DNA of 64,000 bases from positions 288,001 through 352,000 of the forward strand of contig CAWHAE010000016.1 in the NCBI GenBank assembly GCA_963827235.1, in the 5' to 3' direction. A model generated the notes under the pieces. It was not told the DNA's origin. It saw only the letters and a list, made by a program, of their open reading frames with translations, and ran no database searches. Of the stretch, positions 10,611-21,244 are shown in pieces (within the stretch, counting starts at the first letter, position 1; every line of letters starts with the position of its first letter). The DNA is from an uncultured bacterium (GTDB taxonomy: Bacteria > Chloroflexota > UBA5177 > JANWHV01). The translations under genes and the position numbers were made by a program.

Positions 10611-11057
10611 ATGGCTGAGCCCATCACCACGGATCAGATCAAGAAGTTCGTCGCCGCGTGGTTCCTGGCACTCGATCAGCACGACCCAATCGATCACTGC
10701 TATCCGCTGCTTGCCGACGAGGACCTCAACATGCAGTTCCCCGACGGTGACATCCGCGACCACCCCAGCTTCAAGGTCTGGTACGACCGGGTTACCAACC
10801 TCTTCTTCGACGAACAGCACATCGTGCAGACCGTGGACGCAGAGATCAAGGGCGAGGCGGCCAATCTGCGAGTGGTCGTCGGCTGGCAGGCCAGCTGGTG
10901 GGAGGCTCCGGCGGCAAAGAGCAAGCGCGTGTCGATGGACGCGACACAGGTCTGGACCGTGCGCCGCTCCGCCAAGAATCAGTACGGACTGGAGATCGTC
11001 GCCTACAACGCGACGGCCGAGCCGTTCAAGTACGCACCTGGGTTCGCGCGCCTGTAG
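10611..11057 (+). CDS. NTF2/SnoaL-like protein
   Basis: Size and alpha/beta pattern (FVAAWFLALD...FKVWYDRV...WTVRR) fit the NTF2 fold. Confidence 0.7.
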   Translation: MAEPITTDQIKKFVAAWFLALDQHDPIDHCYPLLADEDLNMQFPDGDIRDHPSFKVWYDRVTNLFFDEQHIVQTVDAEIKGEAANLRVVVGWQASWWEAPAAKSKRVSMDATQVWTVRRSAKNQYGLEIVAYNATAEPFKYAPGFARL

Positions 11058-11097
11058 GCACACGCACTCTCGATAGAAAGGAGAGGCTTGGTAATCG

Positions 11098-11490
11098 ATG
11101 AAGAACGTGCCTGACACGGCTCTGGGCCGGATGTACCGCGAGCACATCCAGCACATTCTGGACAAGAACATCGATGCCCTGCTCGACCAGTACACGGACG
11201 ATGCCGTGCTGATAAGCAGCTTCGTTCGCAAACCGCTGATCTACAAGGGCCGCGCGGAGATACGAGAGCACATGCAGGGCATCCTCGGCATTCAGGGCCT
11301 GGACTCCGACATCGCCTTCTGGGCGGAAACCGAAGACCCACAGACTCTGATGATCGTCGAGGCGATCACTATGCAGACGGCCGACGGCGAAGCCCAGATG
11401 CGCTTCGCCGACAGTTGGGTTCTGCGCGAGGGACGAATCGCAGTTCACTTTGCCGGCATGACCCAGTATCCGGACGGCTCGGTGGCATAG
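11098..11490 (+). CDS. NTF2/SnoaL-like protein
   Basis: Motifs IDALLDQYTDDAVL, KGRAEIRE and WVLREGRIAVH. Confidence 0.8.
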   Translation: MKNVPDTALGRMYREHIQHILDKNIDALLDQYTDDAVLISSFVRKPLIYKGRAEIREHMQGILGIQGLDSDIAFWAETEDPQTLMIVEAITMQTADGEAQMRFADSWVLREGRIAVHFAGMTQYPDGSVA

Positions 11491-11574
11491 ATCTGCCGGC
11501 CAGGGCATTTCCGCCCCAAGTGGCCGGCCCGCTCGCAAGGAAGTCTGCGAGAGTGCGCATATAAGGAGTGGATC

Positions 11575-13062
11575 GTGGCACCTGTCTCCCGGACCGTTCG
11601 TCCATGGGCTGCGTTCGCGCTTGCCGCCGTGGCGCAGCTCATGATCGTGCTCGACATCACGATCATCAATGTGGCGCTGCCATCTATCCAACGCGGCCTC
11701 AACTTCGCGCCGCAGGATCTGGCATGGGTGATCAACATCTACGTGTTAATGTTCGGCGGATTCCTGCTACTGGGTGGGCGGGCCGGAGATCTGTTCGGGC
11801 GCAGGCGCCTATTCATTGGGGGCATGGCGCTGTTCTCACTGGCCTCCCTGTTCGGGGGACTGTCGCAGAACGCAGGATGGCTAGTGGCCGGCCGTGCCGC
11901 ACAAGGCCTGGGCGGCGCCATGATCACGCCGGTCGCGCTGGCCATCGTGAGCAGCGTGTTTCCCGAGGGAGCGCAGCGCAACCAGGCCCTGGGTATCTTC
12001 GGCGCGCTCGGCGGGCTGGGTGGAGCACTGGGTGTGCTGCTCGGCGGCATCCTCACCACCTACGCCTGGCAGCTCGTGTTGTTCGTAAACGTGCCGATCG
12101 GCGCCGCCGTGATCTTGCTCAGCCCCGTCTATATCCCGGCAGACAAGGGCAGCGGCGCCACTGGCGGCTTCGACCTGCAAGGTGCGGTGTCGGCCACCGC
12201 TGGGCTATGCCTGTTGGTATTCGGCGTTGTCAAGTCGACCGATTTCGGCTGGGCTTCATGGCAGACCATTGGCTGCTTGGGTGGTGCCGCGGTGCTTCTG
12301 GTCGCCTTCGTGGCCATCGAGCAACGCGCACCGGCGCCCTTGCTCCGCCTGGGCATATTCCGCAACCAGTCGCTGGCGGTCGCCAACGTGTTGAGTCTCC
12401 TTACCGGGCTGGTGATATTCGCGATGTTCTACTTCCTGTCGCTGTACCAGCAGTGGATCATCGGCTACTCACCGCTCAAAACGGGATTCGCCTATATCCC
12501 GTTGGCCATGGGAATCATCGTGGCGGCGGGTATCTCCTCGGGCATGGTGACGCGCTTCGGATTCAAGTACATGATCGCCGTCGGCATGGCGCTGTCCACC
12601 GTCGGGCTAATCCTTTTCGTGAAGCTACCAGTGAACGGATCGTACGCCGCGAACCTGCTGCCAGGCATGCTGATCGTGGCCGTAGGGCTGGGCTTCATCT
12701 TCGTGCCGCTGCCAATCGCGGGCGTTGCCCACGTGGACAAAGAGGAGCTCGGCATGGCGTCCGGACTGATCAATGCGACGCAGCAGATCGGCGGCGCGAT
12801 CGGCTTGGCAGTGCTGATGACAATCTGCACGAACCGTTACAACGACTTGATGTCACCCTATCTGAATTCAGCCAAGGGTCTCAGTACAGCGCAGTTTGAC
12901 ATGAAGTACGGAGCACAGGTCTCGTCGGCGTACGTGAGCGGCTTCCATTACGCGTTCGCCGTGTCGGCCGTGGTGATGGTCGTAGGCGTAGCGCTGACCT
13001 TCGTGCTGTTGCCCGCCCACCGGCGAGCAGCGAGCGAGGTCGCGAGCGTGGCCACAGCGTAG
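11575..13062 (+). CDS. DHA2 (EmrB/QacA) MFS efflux transporter
   Basis: LDITIINVALPSI, GGRAGDLFGRRRLF, about 14 TM segments. Confidence 0.92.
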   Translation: MAPVSRTVRPWAAFALAAVAQLMIVLDITIINVALPSIQRGLNFAPQDLAWVINIYVLMFGGFLLLGGRAGDLFGRRRLFIGGMALFSLASLFGGLSQNAGWLVAGRAAQGLGGAMITPVALAIVSSVFPEGAQRNQALGIFGALGGLGGALGVLLGGILTTYAWQLVLFVNVPIGAAVILLSPVYIPADKGSGATGGFDLQGAVSATAGLCLLVFGVVKSTDFGWASWQTIGCLGGAAVLLVAFVAIEQRAPAPLLRLGIFRNQSLAVANVLSLLTGLVIFAMFYFLSLYQQWIIGYSPLKTGFAYIPLAMGIIVAAGISSGMVTRFGFKYMIAVGMALSTVGLILFVKLPVNGSYAANLLPGMLIVAVGLGFIFVPLPIAGVAHVDKEELGMASGLINATQQIGGAIGLAVLMTICTNRYNDLMSPYLNSAKGLSTAQFDMKYGAQVSSAYVSGFHYAFAVSAVVMVVGVALTFVLLPAHRRAASEVASVATA

Positions 13063-13145
13063 CGGGCGATTGCACCGCGCAGCTTAACCCTGGCAGGCGG
13101 CGCGGGGCCGCTTGCCGGTCAGTCGAGGAGGAACGAAAGAGACAG

Positions 13146-14006
13146 ATGTCCGCCATACACAACAAATACCTGGCCATGCGTTACTTCCAGGAGATTATGA
13201 CCGACGCCAATCTGGCCACGGTCTATGAAATACTGTCGCCTGAGTTTGTCTTTACGCTGCCGACGCATCCGCACCCCTACGTTGGCCCGGACGGCTTCAC
13301 CGAGCTGGTGACCATGCTGCACAGCTGCTTCCCCGACTTCCACATCGATGCCAAAGACATGATTGCATCCGGCGACACGGTGGTGACGCGCTGGCGCGGC
13401 GGCGGCACCCACCTGGGCGCCGCCATCAAGACCGTGGCGGGCGACGTCCCGGCCACCGGGCGTTCGTTCGAGATCGACGGCATGACCTGGCATCGCATGG
13501 AAGCAGGCAAAATCGTCGAGGCGATCGGGCACGAGGACACGGTTGGCATGTTCGCGCAGCTCGGCATCATTCCGAGCGGCATGAATGCCACCACTCCGGA
13601 GCAGAACCTCGCCATGTCCCACCGCTACTTCGAGGAAGTGATGAACCAGGGAAAGCTGAACGTCATAGAGGAGATCATGACGCACGACTTCCAGTTCATC
13701 ATTCCCACCCAGCCGGCCCCGATCACCGGCTTCGCGAACATGAGCGGATTCGTAACCTACCTCCGCGGCGCCTTCCCCGATATCACGTTCACAGTTGAGC
13801 GCGAGATCGCGGTCGATAACAAGGTTGCTTCTCGCTGGTCAATAACCGGTACTCACCTCGGCGAGTTTTTGGGCAAGGAGCCGTCTGGGAATTCGATCAA
13901 GGACTACGGCATCGACATCTTCACCTTTGAAAACGGCCGCATCAAGACCGTGCACGTCAATGAGAACGACTTCGGACTGTTCCAGCAGCTTGAGCCCAAG
14001 GCATGA
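13146..14006 (+). CDS. Tandem SnoaL-like ester cyclase (2 domains)
   Basis: The pattern FPD...RW..GTHLG...G.I occurs twice. Confidence 0.9.
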   Translation: MSAIHNKYLAMRYFQEIMTDANLATVYEILSPEFVFTLPTHPHPYVGPDGFTELVTMLHSCFPDFHIDAKDMIASGDTVVTRWRGGGTHLGAAIKTVAGDVPATGRSFEIDGMTWHRMEAGKIVEAIGHEDTVGMFAQLGIIPSGMNATTPEQNLAMSHRYFEEVMNQGKLNVIEEIMTHDFQFIIPTQPAPITGFANMSGFVTYLRGAFPDITFTVEREIAVDNKVASRWSITGTHLGEFLGKEPSGNSIKDYGIDIFTFENGRIKTVHVNENDFGLFQQLEPKA

Positions 14007-14064
14007 CCCAGGATGTCCTAGGCCTCCGGTCGATCCCGGACGGCACGAGTAGGGAGGAAGCAAC

Positions 14065-14985
14065 ATGTCGCTAGCAGAGAACCGGGCAATCACGTTGCGC
14101 ATGTTTGAGCTGGTCAACGCAGGCCAGTTCGAGGCGCTGGGCGAAGTGGTCGACACCAATTTCCTGGATCATGGCCCCGGCCAGGGCGGCGGCCTGGCCG
14201 GGCTGCAGCGCGGGCTGCACATGATGCATGCCGCCTTGCCCAACTTGCACTTCGGCGTCGACCAGGTGATCGCTGAAGGCGATGTGGTAGCCATACGTGG
14301 CAATCTGACGGCCACCTTCACCGGCGGGCCGTTCTGGGGTGTGCCGGCCACTGGAAAGAGCGCCAAGTGGCTGAGCTTCATGGTCATGAAGCTCAGCGGC
14401 GGCAAGATCGTCGAGCGATGGGTCAACGCGGACACCTGGGGCATGCTGCAGCAGGTGGGCGTGCTACCTCAGACGCCGATGGACGTGAAGCCGCTGCTGC
14501 AGGACGGCCCCGTCGCGCTGAACATCGTGACCGATGCCGGCGGCGAGCTGGTGGAGAGCAACAAACGCCTCACGCAGGAGCTGATCGATCGCGTGTGGAA
14601 TAAGCGCGACGTCGGCGCCGTGGACGAGCTCTTCGCGCCCAAGGGAGGATGCGCCAACGGGGACTTCGTCCTGCGTCCGGATGTGATCAAGATGTTCGGC
14701 GGTATGGTATTCGCCGCGTTCCCAGATTTCAGCGCCACAGTTGAGTTCATGCGGGGCGAGGGCAACACGGTGATTGCCCGTGTCGACGAAGGAGGGATGC
14801 ACACCGGGGAATTCATGGGAGTGCCGGCCACTCAAAAGACCGTGCGCTGGTCGGAAACGTTCTGTCTTGTCTTCGAAGACGGCAAGATCACTCGCGCCTG
14901 GCTACAACCCGACACGATGGGCATGATGCAGAAAATGAGCGCCTTCCATCCGTTGGTGCCCGCCGACGCCGCTAAGAACGGCTAA
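14065..14985 (+). CDS. Tandem SnoaL-like ester cyclase (2 domains)
   Basis: Two repeats: ALPNL...GVPATGK...GGKIVERW and AFPDF...HTGEFMGVPATQK...DGKITRAW. Confidence 0.9.
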   Translation: MSLAENRAITLRMFELVNAGQFEALGEVVDTNFLDHGPGQGGGLAGLQRGLHMMHAALPNLHFGVDQVIAEGDVVAIRGNLTATFTGGPFWGVPATGKSAKWLSFMVMKLSGGKIVERWVNADTWGMLQQVGVLPQTPMDVKPLLQDGPVALNIVTDAGGELVESNKRLTQELIDRVWNKRDVGAVDELFAPKGGCANGDFVLRPDVIKMFGGMVFAAFPDFSATVEFMRGEGNTVIARVDEGGMHTGEFMGVPATQKTVRWSETFCLVFEDGKITRAWLQPDTMGMMQKMSAFHPLVPADAAKNG

Positions 14986-15006
14986 TTCTGTACGGAGAAG
15001 ATGAGG

Positions 15007-15438
15007 ATGTCTACCGAAGCTGAGAATCTCGCGTTGTTCCGCCGATTCATCGACGAGTTCTTCAATAAGCGCAAATTCGAGCTGGCAGAGGAGCTCTTCC
15101 ACCCCGAGCATTACAGCCCAAGCCTGCCCTTGCTCCCGCCTGGGCCGGAAGGCATGAAGATCATCGCCGGCGTCGTGTGCGGCATCTTCACTGGATTCCA
15201 CCGCGAGCTGGAAGAGGTATTTGCCTCGGGCGATATGATCGCCGCTCGCTGGACCAACAGTGGCACGCACGACGGCGTCTACATGGGCGTGCCCCCCACG
15301 GGCAAGTTCGTCAAGTGGTGGGAGCTGGCCATGGTGCAGTTCAAGGAAGGCAAGATCGCGGTAGGGTGGTACCGACCCGATGAGGTCGGCCTGTTGAAGG
15401 AGCTGGCTCCTGAACGGCTCGAGTGGCTTCACATGTGA
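15007..15438 (+). CDS. SnoaL-like ester cyclase (single domain)
   Basis: RWTNSGTHDGVYMGVPPTGK...FKEGKI. Confidence 0.9.
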   Translation: MSTEAENLALFRRFIDEFFNKRKFELAEELFHPEHYSPSLPLLPPGPEGMKIIAGVVCGIFTGFHRELEEVFASGDMIAARWTNSGTHDGVYMGVPPTGKFVKWWELAMVQFKEGKIAVGWYRPDEVGLLKELAPERLEWLHM

Positions 15439-15454
15439 TCGGAGGTCAACGAAC

Positions 15455-15772
15455 ATGAAGATTCTGGCGATCATCGACCTGGCGCCCGGCACGACGCCCG
15501 ACCAGATAGCTCCATTTCTCAAGGCGGAAGCGGCGCGCGCCTGGGAGCTGCACAAGGCCGGCATATTCCGCGACATGAACTTCTGCACCGATAGGCCGCG
15601 CGTGGTCAACACCCTCGAGTGCACCTGCCTGGAAGAGGCGGCGGAAGCCGTGAACTCGCTGCCGCTGACCAAAGCCGGCTACTTCACCTACCAGCTGATG
15701 CCGCTCGGCTACCCATCGTTCCTGGAGAATCTCTGGGTCGCGCATGAGTCGGGGGGTCGAGCAGGTGAGTAG
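15455..15772 (+). CDS. Small dimeric alpha/beta-barrel protein (muconolactone isomerase-like)
   Basis: [12 protein letters not shown]...[10 protein letters not shown] pattern. RBS GGAGG. Confidence 0.6.
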   Translation: MKILAIIDLAPGTTPDQIAPFLKAEAARAWELHKAGIFRDMNFCTDRPRVVNTLECTCLEEAAEAVNSLPLTKAGYFTYQLMPLGYPSFLENLWVAHESGGRAGE

Positions 15773-17292
15773 CGAACAACGTGCCGACTTCATCGTCGTA
15801 GGTGCAGGCGCGGCGGGCTGCGTGCTCGCCAACCGCCTGAGCGCGGACCCGGGAACGCGAGTGCTGCTCCTGGAAGCCGGACCGCCGGACAGCGAGCCGC
15901 GCATCCACAATCTGGACGGCTTCGTGCAGCTGTGGGGAACTGAGGTCGACTGGGCCTTCGCCACCGAGCCGCAACCCGGCTTGAACGGGCGGCAGAATCC
16001 TGCTCAATCAGGGCAAGGTCTACGGCGGCGGCAGCTCCATTCACGCCATGATGTACGTCCGCGGGAACCGCATCAATTTCGACCAGTGGAACGCCCAGGG
16101 AGCCGACGGCTGGTCCTACGACGACGTCTTGCCGTACTTCAAGAAGTCCGAGAACTACTCTGGTGGTGCGTCGGAATACCGGGGCGTCGGGGGCCCTCTC
16201 GACGTGAAGCCTTGCCCGGATCCCGTTGCCCGCTCCTTGACATTCCAGCAGGCCGCGGTACAACTGGGCTTCAGCGGTCCCGAGTGGGACTACAACGGGC
16301 CCCGCCAGGAGGACGGAGCCGGATACATTCAGTTCAACGTCGACGCCGAAGGCCGCCGCGCCAGCGCGGCCACGGCCTTCCTGCAGCCGGTACTGGCCCG
16401 GCCGAACCTGACGGTTGTGTCCGGTGCCCTCGCGACTAAGGTGATCTTCGACGGCACTCGCGCCGTCGGTGTGGAATACCTGAAAGGCGGCCAGACGTGC
16501 AAGGCAATGGCCTCCGCTGAGGTGATTCTCAGCGCCAGTGCCTTCCTGAGCCCCGCGCTCCTGATGCGCTCTGGCATCGGACCGGCGCAGCACCTGCGAG
16601 AGAAGGGCATCCCCGTGCTGGCAAATCTGCCCGGCGTAGGTCAGAACCTGCACGACCACCTGCAGATCTCCGTGATCTATAAATCGCGCGTGGCCCTGGG
16701 CGATCCCACGTTGCTGACCGGGAACGCGCTCTTCACGAAGACGCGCAAGGGCATGAAAGCGGCGCCACCCGACCTGCAGATTATCTACAGTCCGGGAGTT
16801 CCCAAGGCGCTCTCGGCTGCTATCCCAGTGCCGCGCCCGGCCAGCATCTTCGTGCCCATTCTGGTGCAGCCGTATAGCCGTGGAGAAGTCCGGCTGCACT
16901 CTGCCAATCCGGCTGAGGCGCCGCTGATCGATCCGCACTATCTGGAATGCCGGAGCGACCTCGACACGCTGGTGCAATCGGTCAAGCTCGTGCGCCAAAT
17001 TGCCGCCGCGCCGGCGTTTGCCGACCTCAACGACGGCGAGCTGGCGCCGGGCGCGGATGCCGACCTCGAGGATTACATCCGCGGCAGCGCTACGACAATC
17101 TGGCATCCCGTGGGCACATGCAAGATTGGCCGCGATGCCATGGCGGTCGTGGACCCCGATCTTCGCGTGTACGGAGTGACTGGTCTGCGCGTGGCCGACG
17201 CTTCGGTGATGCCGACGGTGCCCAGCGGTAACACGTTCGCCGGCTGCGTCATGATCGGCGAGAAGCTCGCCGATATGCTGATCGGGCAGTAA
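15765..17292 (+). pseudogene. GMC (choline dehydrogenase-like) oxidoreductase, split by a +1 frameshift at about 15996
   Basis: [10 protein letters not shown] in one frame continues as [23 protein letters not shown] once one A is removed from CAG-AATC. C-terminal WHPVGTC and GNT are intact. May be a sequencing error. Confidence 0.85.
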
Positions 17293-17516
17293 GCCCAAAC
17301 TTCAACGGCTCTACATCGGTTCAGCCACGGACTCGGGCACCCGAGGCGCCGGTCTCGGGCGTCGAGAGTGCTGGCTCATTGAGGCCGGGACGCCCGCCGG
17401 GCGGAGCAGGCGAGAGCGTGCACCGCGAGGCGGGCGGCGCCGTCCAGGGATCGGCACGCTGCCCGTGGTTTCTCACAGGCAGCGTTCACGGGTAGATAGA
17501 GAGGTCGTGGAGACTG

Positions 17517-17930
17517 ATGACTGCATTCGCCCACGTTGGGTTGACATGCGACGACCCCGTCGCCATCGAGCGATTCTACACCAAGCACTTCGGCTTCCAG
17601 CGTGCGCGCGTAATCCCGCTGGGCGCCGAGCAGATCGTGTTCATCAAGTCCGGCAGTGTCTACCTTGAGCTCTTCCAGGCAAAGGAGCGGGCGCCCATCG
17701 GGCCGCCGGCCCAGGACGGCTATGGCTGGCCCGGCCTGCGGCATCTAGCCTTCTCCGTGGACGACGTGGATGCAAAGCTGGCCGAGCTCGGCGATGAGGT
17801 CAAGGTCACCCTCGGTCCGCTGGATTTTGGCGACTTCATTCCCGGCTGGCGGGGAGCATGGGTTGCCGATCCGGAAGGGAATATTATCGAGATCAGCCAG
17901 GGCTATCAGGACGACAGCACTCTGGCTTAG
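17517..17930 (+). CDS. VOC/glyoxalase family protein
   Basis: Metal-ligand pattern HVGL, LELF, RHLAF, DPEGNIIEI. Confidence 0.9.
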   Translation: MTAFAHVGLTCDDPVAIERFYTKHFGFQRARVIPLGAEQIVFIKSGSVYLELFQAKERAPIGPPAQDGYGWPGLRHLAFSVDDVDAKLAELGDEVKVTLGPLDFGDFIPGWRGAWVADPEGNIIEISQGYQDDSTLA

Positions 17931-17961
17931 GGCTGCGCGCCAGCGTTGAGGAAGGCCTACT

Positions 17962-19029
17962 ATGGCGGTGGCTCACGCCCTTGCCTGCATGGCCGGGGTG
18001 GCGCTCGTGATCCTGACGCTCCGATCGTCCGTCCGTACGTTCGTGCTTCCCAGGAGTGTCAACGATTCGCTGACGCGCGCGGTGTTCCGTGTCGTGCACC
18101 GGCTGTTCCTCGTGCTCGCGCCACCCTCACGCCCGTACGAGTACCGGGATCGCATCATGGCCGGATTCGCGCCCGTAGCCCTCCTGAGTCTGCCCGTAGT
18201 GTGGACCGCACTCGTCACAACGGGCTACGCGTGCATGTTCTGGGCGGCCGGGGCCGGTGACGTCCGGGCTTCGCTGACGATCAGTGCCTCGTCCATGGTC
18301 ACGCTGGGCTTTGCCGCGCCACGGGACCTGCTTCAGACCTTCCTTGCCTTCAGTCAGGCGTCGGTGGGCATGGTCTTGATTGCGCTGCTCATCTCCTACT
18401 TGCCGACCATCTACGGCGCCTTCTCGCGTCGCGAGCTGGCCGTGAACATGCTCGAGGTACGGGCAGGGTCGCCGCCCTCCGCTGTGACGCTGCTCACTCG
18501 GTTCCGGCGACTCGAGAAGCTCGACCGCATGGAGCAATTCTGGCAAACCTGGGAGATCTGGTTTGCCGAGTTGGAGGAGACGCACACGTCGCTCGGCTCG
18601 CTGGCCCTGTTCCGGTCACCCCATCCGGGACACTCGTGGATAACGGCTGCCGGCACCGTGCTGGACGCGGCAGCGTTGCGCTGCTCGTTGGTAGCGTTGC
18701 CACGTGAGCCGGAGGCAGAGCTGACACTGAGAGCAGGTTATTTGACCCTTCGTCACATCGCAGCGTTCTACAAGCTGCCGTTCGTCACGGAGGTCGACTG
18801 GCAGACACCGATCGGCGTCACCCGAGCGCAATTTACCGAGGCTTGCTCTCTGCTGGCGGAGGCAGGCATCCCTCTCAACGACGATCGTGACAGAGCATGG
18901 AGGGACTTTGCCGGCTGGAGAGCCTGCTACGACGGTGCCATGCGCGGCCTGGCTGCCCTGATCATCGTGCCGGATTCGCCCTGGATGCCGGTGCGGGAGA
19001 CTTCGGAACCCGCGGCGCCGGCGTCATGA
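17962..19029 (+). CDS. Membrane protein with ion-channel-like TM/pore-loop/TM segment
   Basis: SASSMVTLGF between TM helices, followed by ISYLPTIYGAFSRRE. Confidence 0.6.
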   Translation: MAVAHALACMAGVALVILTLRSSVRTFVLPRSVNDSLTRAVFRVVHRLFLVLAPPSRPYEYRDRIMAGFAPVALLSLPVVWTALVTTGYACMFWAAGAGDVRASLTISASSMVTLGFAAPRDLLQTFLAFSQASVGMVLIALLISYLPTIYGAFSRRELAVNMLEVRAGSPPSAVTLLTRFRRLEKLDRMEQFWQTWEIWFAELEETHTSLGSLALFRSPHPGHSWITAAGTVLDAAALRCSLVALPREPEAELTLRAGYLTLRHIAAFYKLPFVTEVDWQTPIGVTRAQFTEACSLLAEAGIPLNDDRDRAWRDFAGWRACYDGAMRGLAALIIVPDSPWMPVRETSEPAAPAS

Positions 19030-19237
19030 CAACCGCGGCGGAGTAGTCGCGGGGGCAGAATGCGCGTGATACGCGCCTGCCCGCCGTCTATGGGTGCCGG
19101 CGGCGAGCCCGCAGTTCAAGCCCTTCCCGTATGAATACAGTCCGGCCGCAAGCACCGCCGGCGGCCAGTCTGGCCATGAGTGCGTCGAAGGCGCTCGCAC
19201 TGCCTGCGCGTCGCGACCGGAGAGAATCCGACAGCAG

Positions 19238-19507
19238 CTATCCGCGGACCCGCTGCTCGCTGCGAGCGCGGGCTTTGGCGGCCTCCACCTCGCGGTTCCT
19301 GACAGGTGCCGGTGTCTGGAGCGCGGAAAGAAGCTCGGCGGCCACTCGGGAGATGTCTTCCACCGCGCGCGAGAACGCCACCGCGTTCCCGCGGGATGGG
19401 TGGTTGAAGCCGCTGATCTTGCGCACGAACTGCAGCGCCGCCGCGCGGACCTCATCCTCCGTGGCCGGCGGCTCAAAGTTGAACAGTGGCCGTATGTTCC
19501 TGCACAT
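19238..19507 (-). CDS. DUF2277 family protein
   Basis: MCRNIRPLFNFEPPATEDEVRAAALQFVRKISG is the family signature. Confidence 0.85.
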   Translation of the reverse strand: MCRNIRPLFNFEPPATEDEVRAAALQFVRKISGFNHPSRGNAVAFSRAVEDISRVAAELLSALQTPAPVRNREVEAAKARARSEQRVRG

Positions 19508-19855
19508 CGCACCATGCCTCCAGCCAATCGTTTGTCTGCTGCGGTGCCGGCGCGGACTTGGCCGGACCGCCTCCACGGTCATGGCCTGCACCGGCCACAC
19601 GGTGATGATAAGATCTTGAGCACGCGAAACAACCCAGGTCCGGGCGATGCCGGCTATCACCGCACGGGGAGGTCGTGTGAGGAGTTCGCCCGGTCTCGCC
19701 GGGGCGCCATGACCGCGTTGAATGCCGCGAGGGCAACGGCAGCGCTACCAGAGAAACCCCTTGATCGTGTTTGTGCCGTAGCCCAAACTGCTGCCGCGCC
19801 GTTCGATGCCGGCGCTACGTTAGCAGCAGACGGCTGGTAGGGAGCTTCCGCCATC

Positions 19856-21079
19856 ATGGACCAGGACAAAGAGTGGCTGTTCACCAGGGATGCGGCAGTT
19901 GGGGGACGGATGTTCGCGCTCGGCAATCTCGTGGCGGCCAACCTGGACGATCGCGCCGGACGGCCGGGTAGCGCCCAGGCGAAAGGCGCCGGCATCGCGG
20001 CGTTCGACGCGTCTACGGGCGACATGGTCTGGAGCGTCCACGGCGTGCCCTCTCTCGCGGCAGTCAGCGAAGATACCGTCTACGCCTTCTCGCGCTCCGG
20101 TCTTGTCGTGGCTCTGAACAAGGATGGCAGCGAGCGCTGGCGTACGGCGGTACCCGACGATCGGACACAGTCTGCCGCGTCCATTGGGGAGCGCGATGGA
20201 CCATACACGGCCGACGTGCTGCCCGCCGGCCCGATCGTGACGATCGCGGCCGGCGGCGCGTTGCTGGCACTGGCCACGAATACCGGTCAGATCCTGGGCC
20301 GCACGGTGGTGTGCGTAGGCGAGAACGGCGTGGTGTCTCGCATAGCGCCGCTGCCTTACGGCGCCGTGGCAGTGATCTGCACGCAAAGGCCCGCATGGGA
20401 AGATGAGCTTGCGCATGCCGCTCGCACTCGATGGCAACCCGCGATCGCGGCGGAGCCGCAGCGCCCATTTCCATGCACAATTGCCGTGTTCGACGTCGAT
20501 TACCGGCTGCGATGGCGGTTAGGCACGGCCGAGCTCGGCAAGGTGTACAGCGCTCTTCGTCCGGCTGTGCTGGGCGGAAGCCGCATCGTACTGGCAGCCG
20601 CATCCCTGAGAGGCACGGGGGAGCTTGGCAAGACCGGCAACCTGGAGGACCAGATTATGGCGATTGACGGAGCGTCAGGGCACGTGCTGTGGCGGCGCGG
20701 CATGCCCGGCGGTCGCGGTCAGGTCGATCCTGTATCTGCCGGCGACGGTGTGATCGCGGGCTTCGAGCTCGTGCGCTATGCCAGTGTTGACGGTGCGGTA
20801 AGCTGGCACGCCTCGCCCGACGCGATCAAGCCGGTCGGGGCCGCGCCGTTGTTGGATGGTCGTCGGCTTCTCGTGGCAAGCAGGGGTACGATCCAGGCCG
20901 TCTCGATCGGCGATGGGGCAGTAATCAGCCTGGGCAGATTCGGGCGGGCCGCCCCCACCGCAGTGGCAACGACCAATCTCGTGCGCATCGGCTCGCACCT
21001 CTACCTCGGCGTTGACGAGCCCGGCTGGCACACGCAGTTGCGCGCCATAGCGCTAGAACCCGATACAAAGAGCGGTTGA
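19856..21079 (+). CDS. PQQ-like beta-propeller repeat protein
   Basis: Repeated A.D..TG...W motifs (AFDASTGDMVW, ALNKDGSERW, AIDGASGHVLW). Confidence 0.7.
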   Translation: MDQDKEWLFTRDAAVGGRMFALGNLVAANLDDRAGRPGSAQAKGAGIAAFDASTGDMVWSVHGVPSLAAVSEDTVYAFSRSGLVVALNKDGSERWRTAVPDDRTQSAASIGERDGPYTADVLPAGPIVTIAAGGALLALATNTGQILGRTVVCVGENGVVSRIAPLPYGAVAVICTQRPAWEDELAHAARTRWQPAIAAEPQRPFPCTIAVFDVDYRLRWRLGTAELGKVYSALRPAVLGGSRIVLAAASLRGTGELGKTGNLEDQIMAIDGASGHVLWRRGMPGGRGQVDPVSAGDGVIAGFELVRYASVDGAVSWHASPDAIKPVGAAPLLDGRRLLVASRGTIQAVSIGDGAVISLGRFGRAAPTAVATTNLVRIGSHLYLGVDEPGWHTQLRAIALEPDTKSG

Positions 21080-21244
21080 CATGAATCCGGCGTTTGTCCT
21101 TGGCGGTGTGAAAGCTCGGCCAGCCGCTGTATAGTAGTGCATACAAACGCTTGTCGGGCTGCGGTCGTCCGTTCGCACCCGTGAACTTGTGCCCCGGGGC
21201 GACTAGCCGGCAGCCGCACTGATCTTGTGAGAGAGGGGGGTCTC

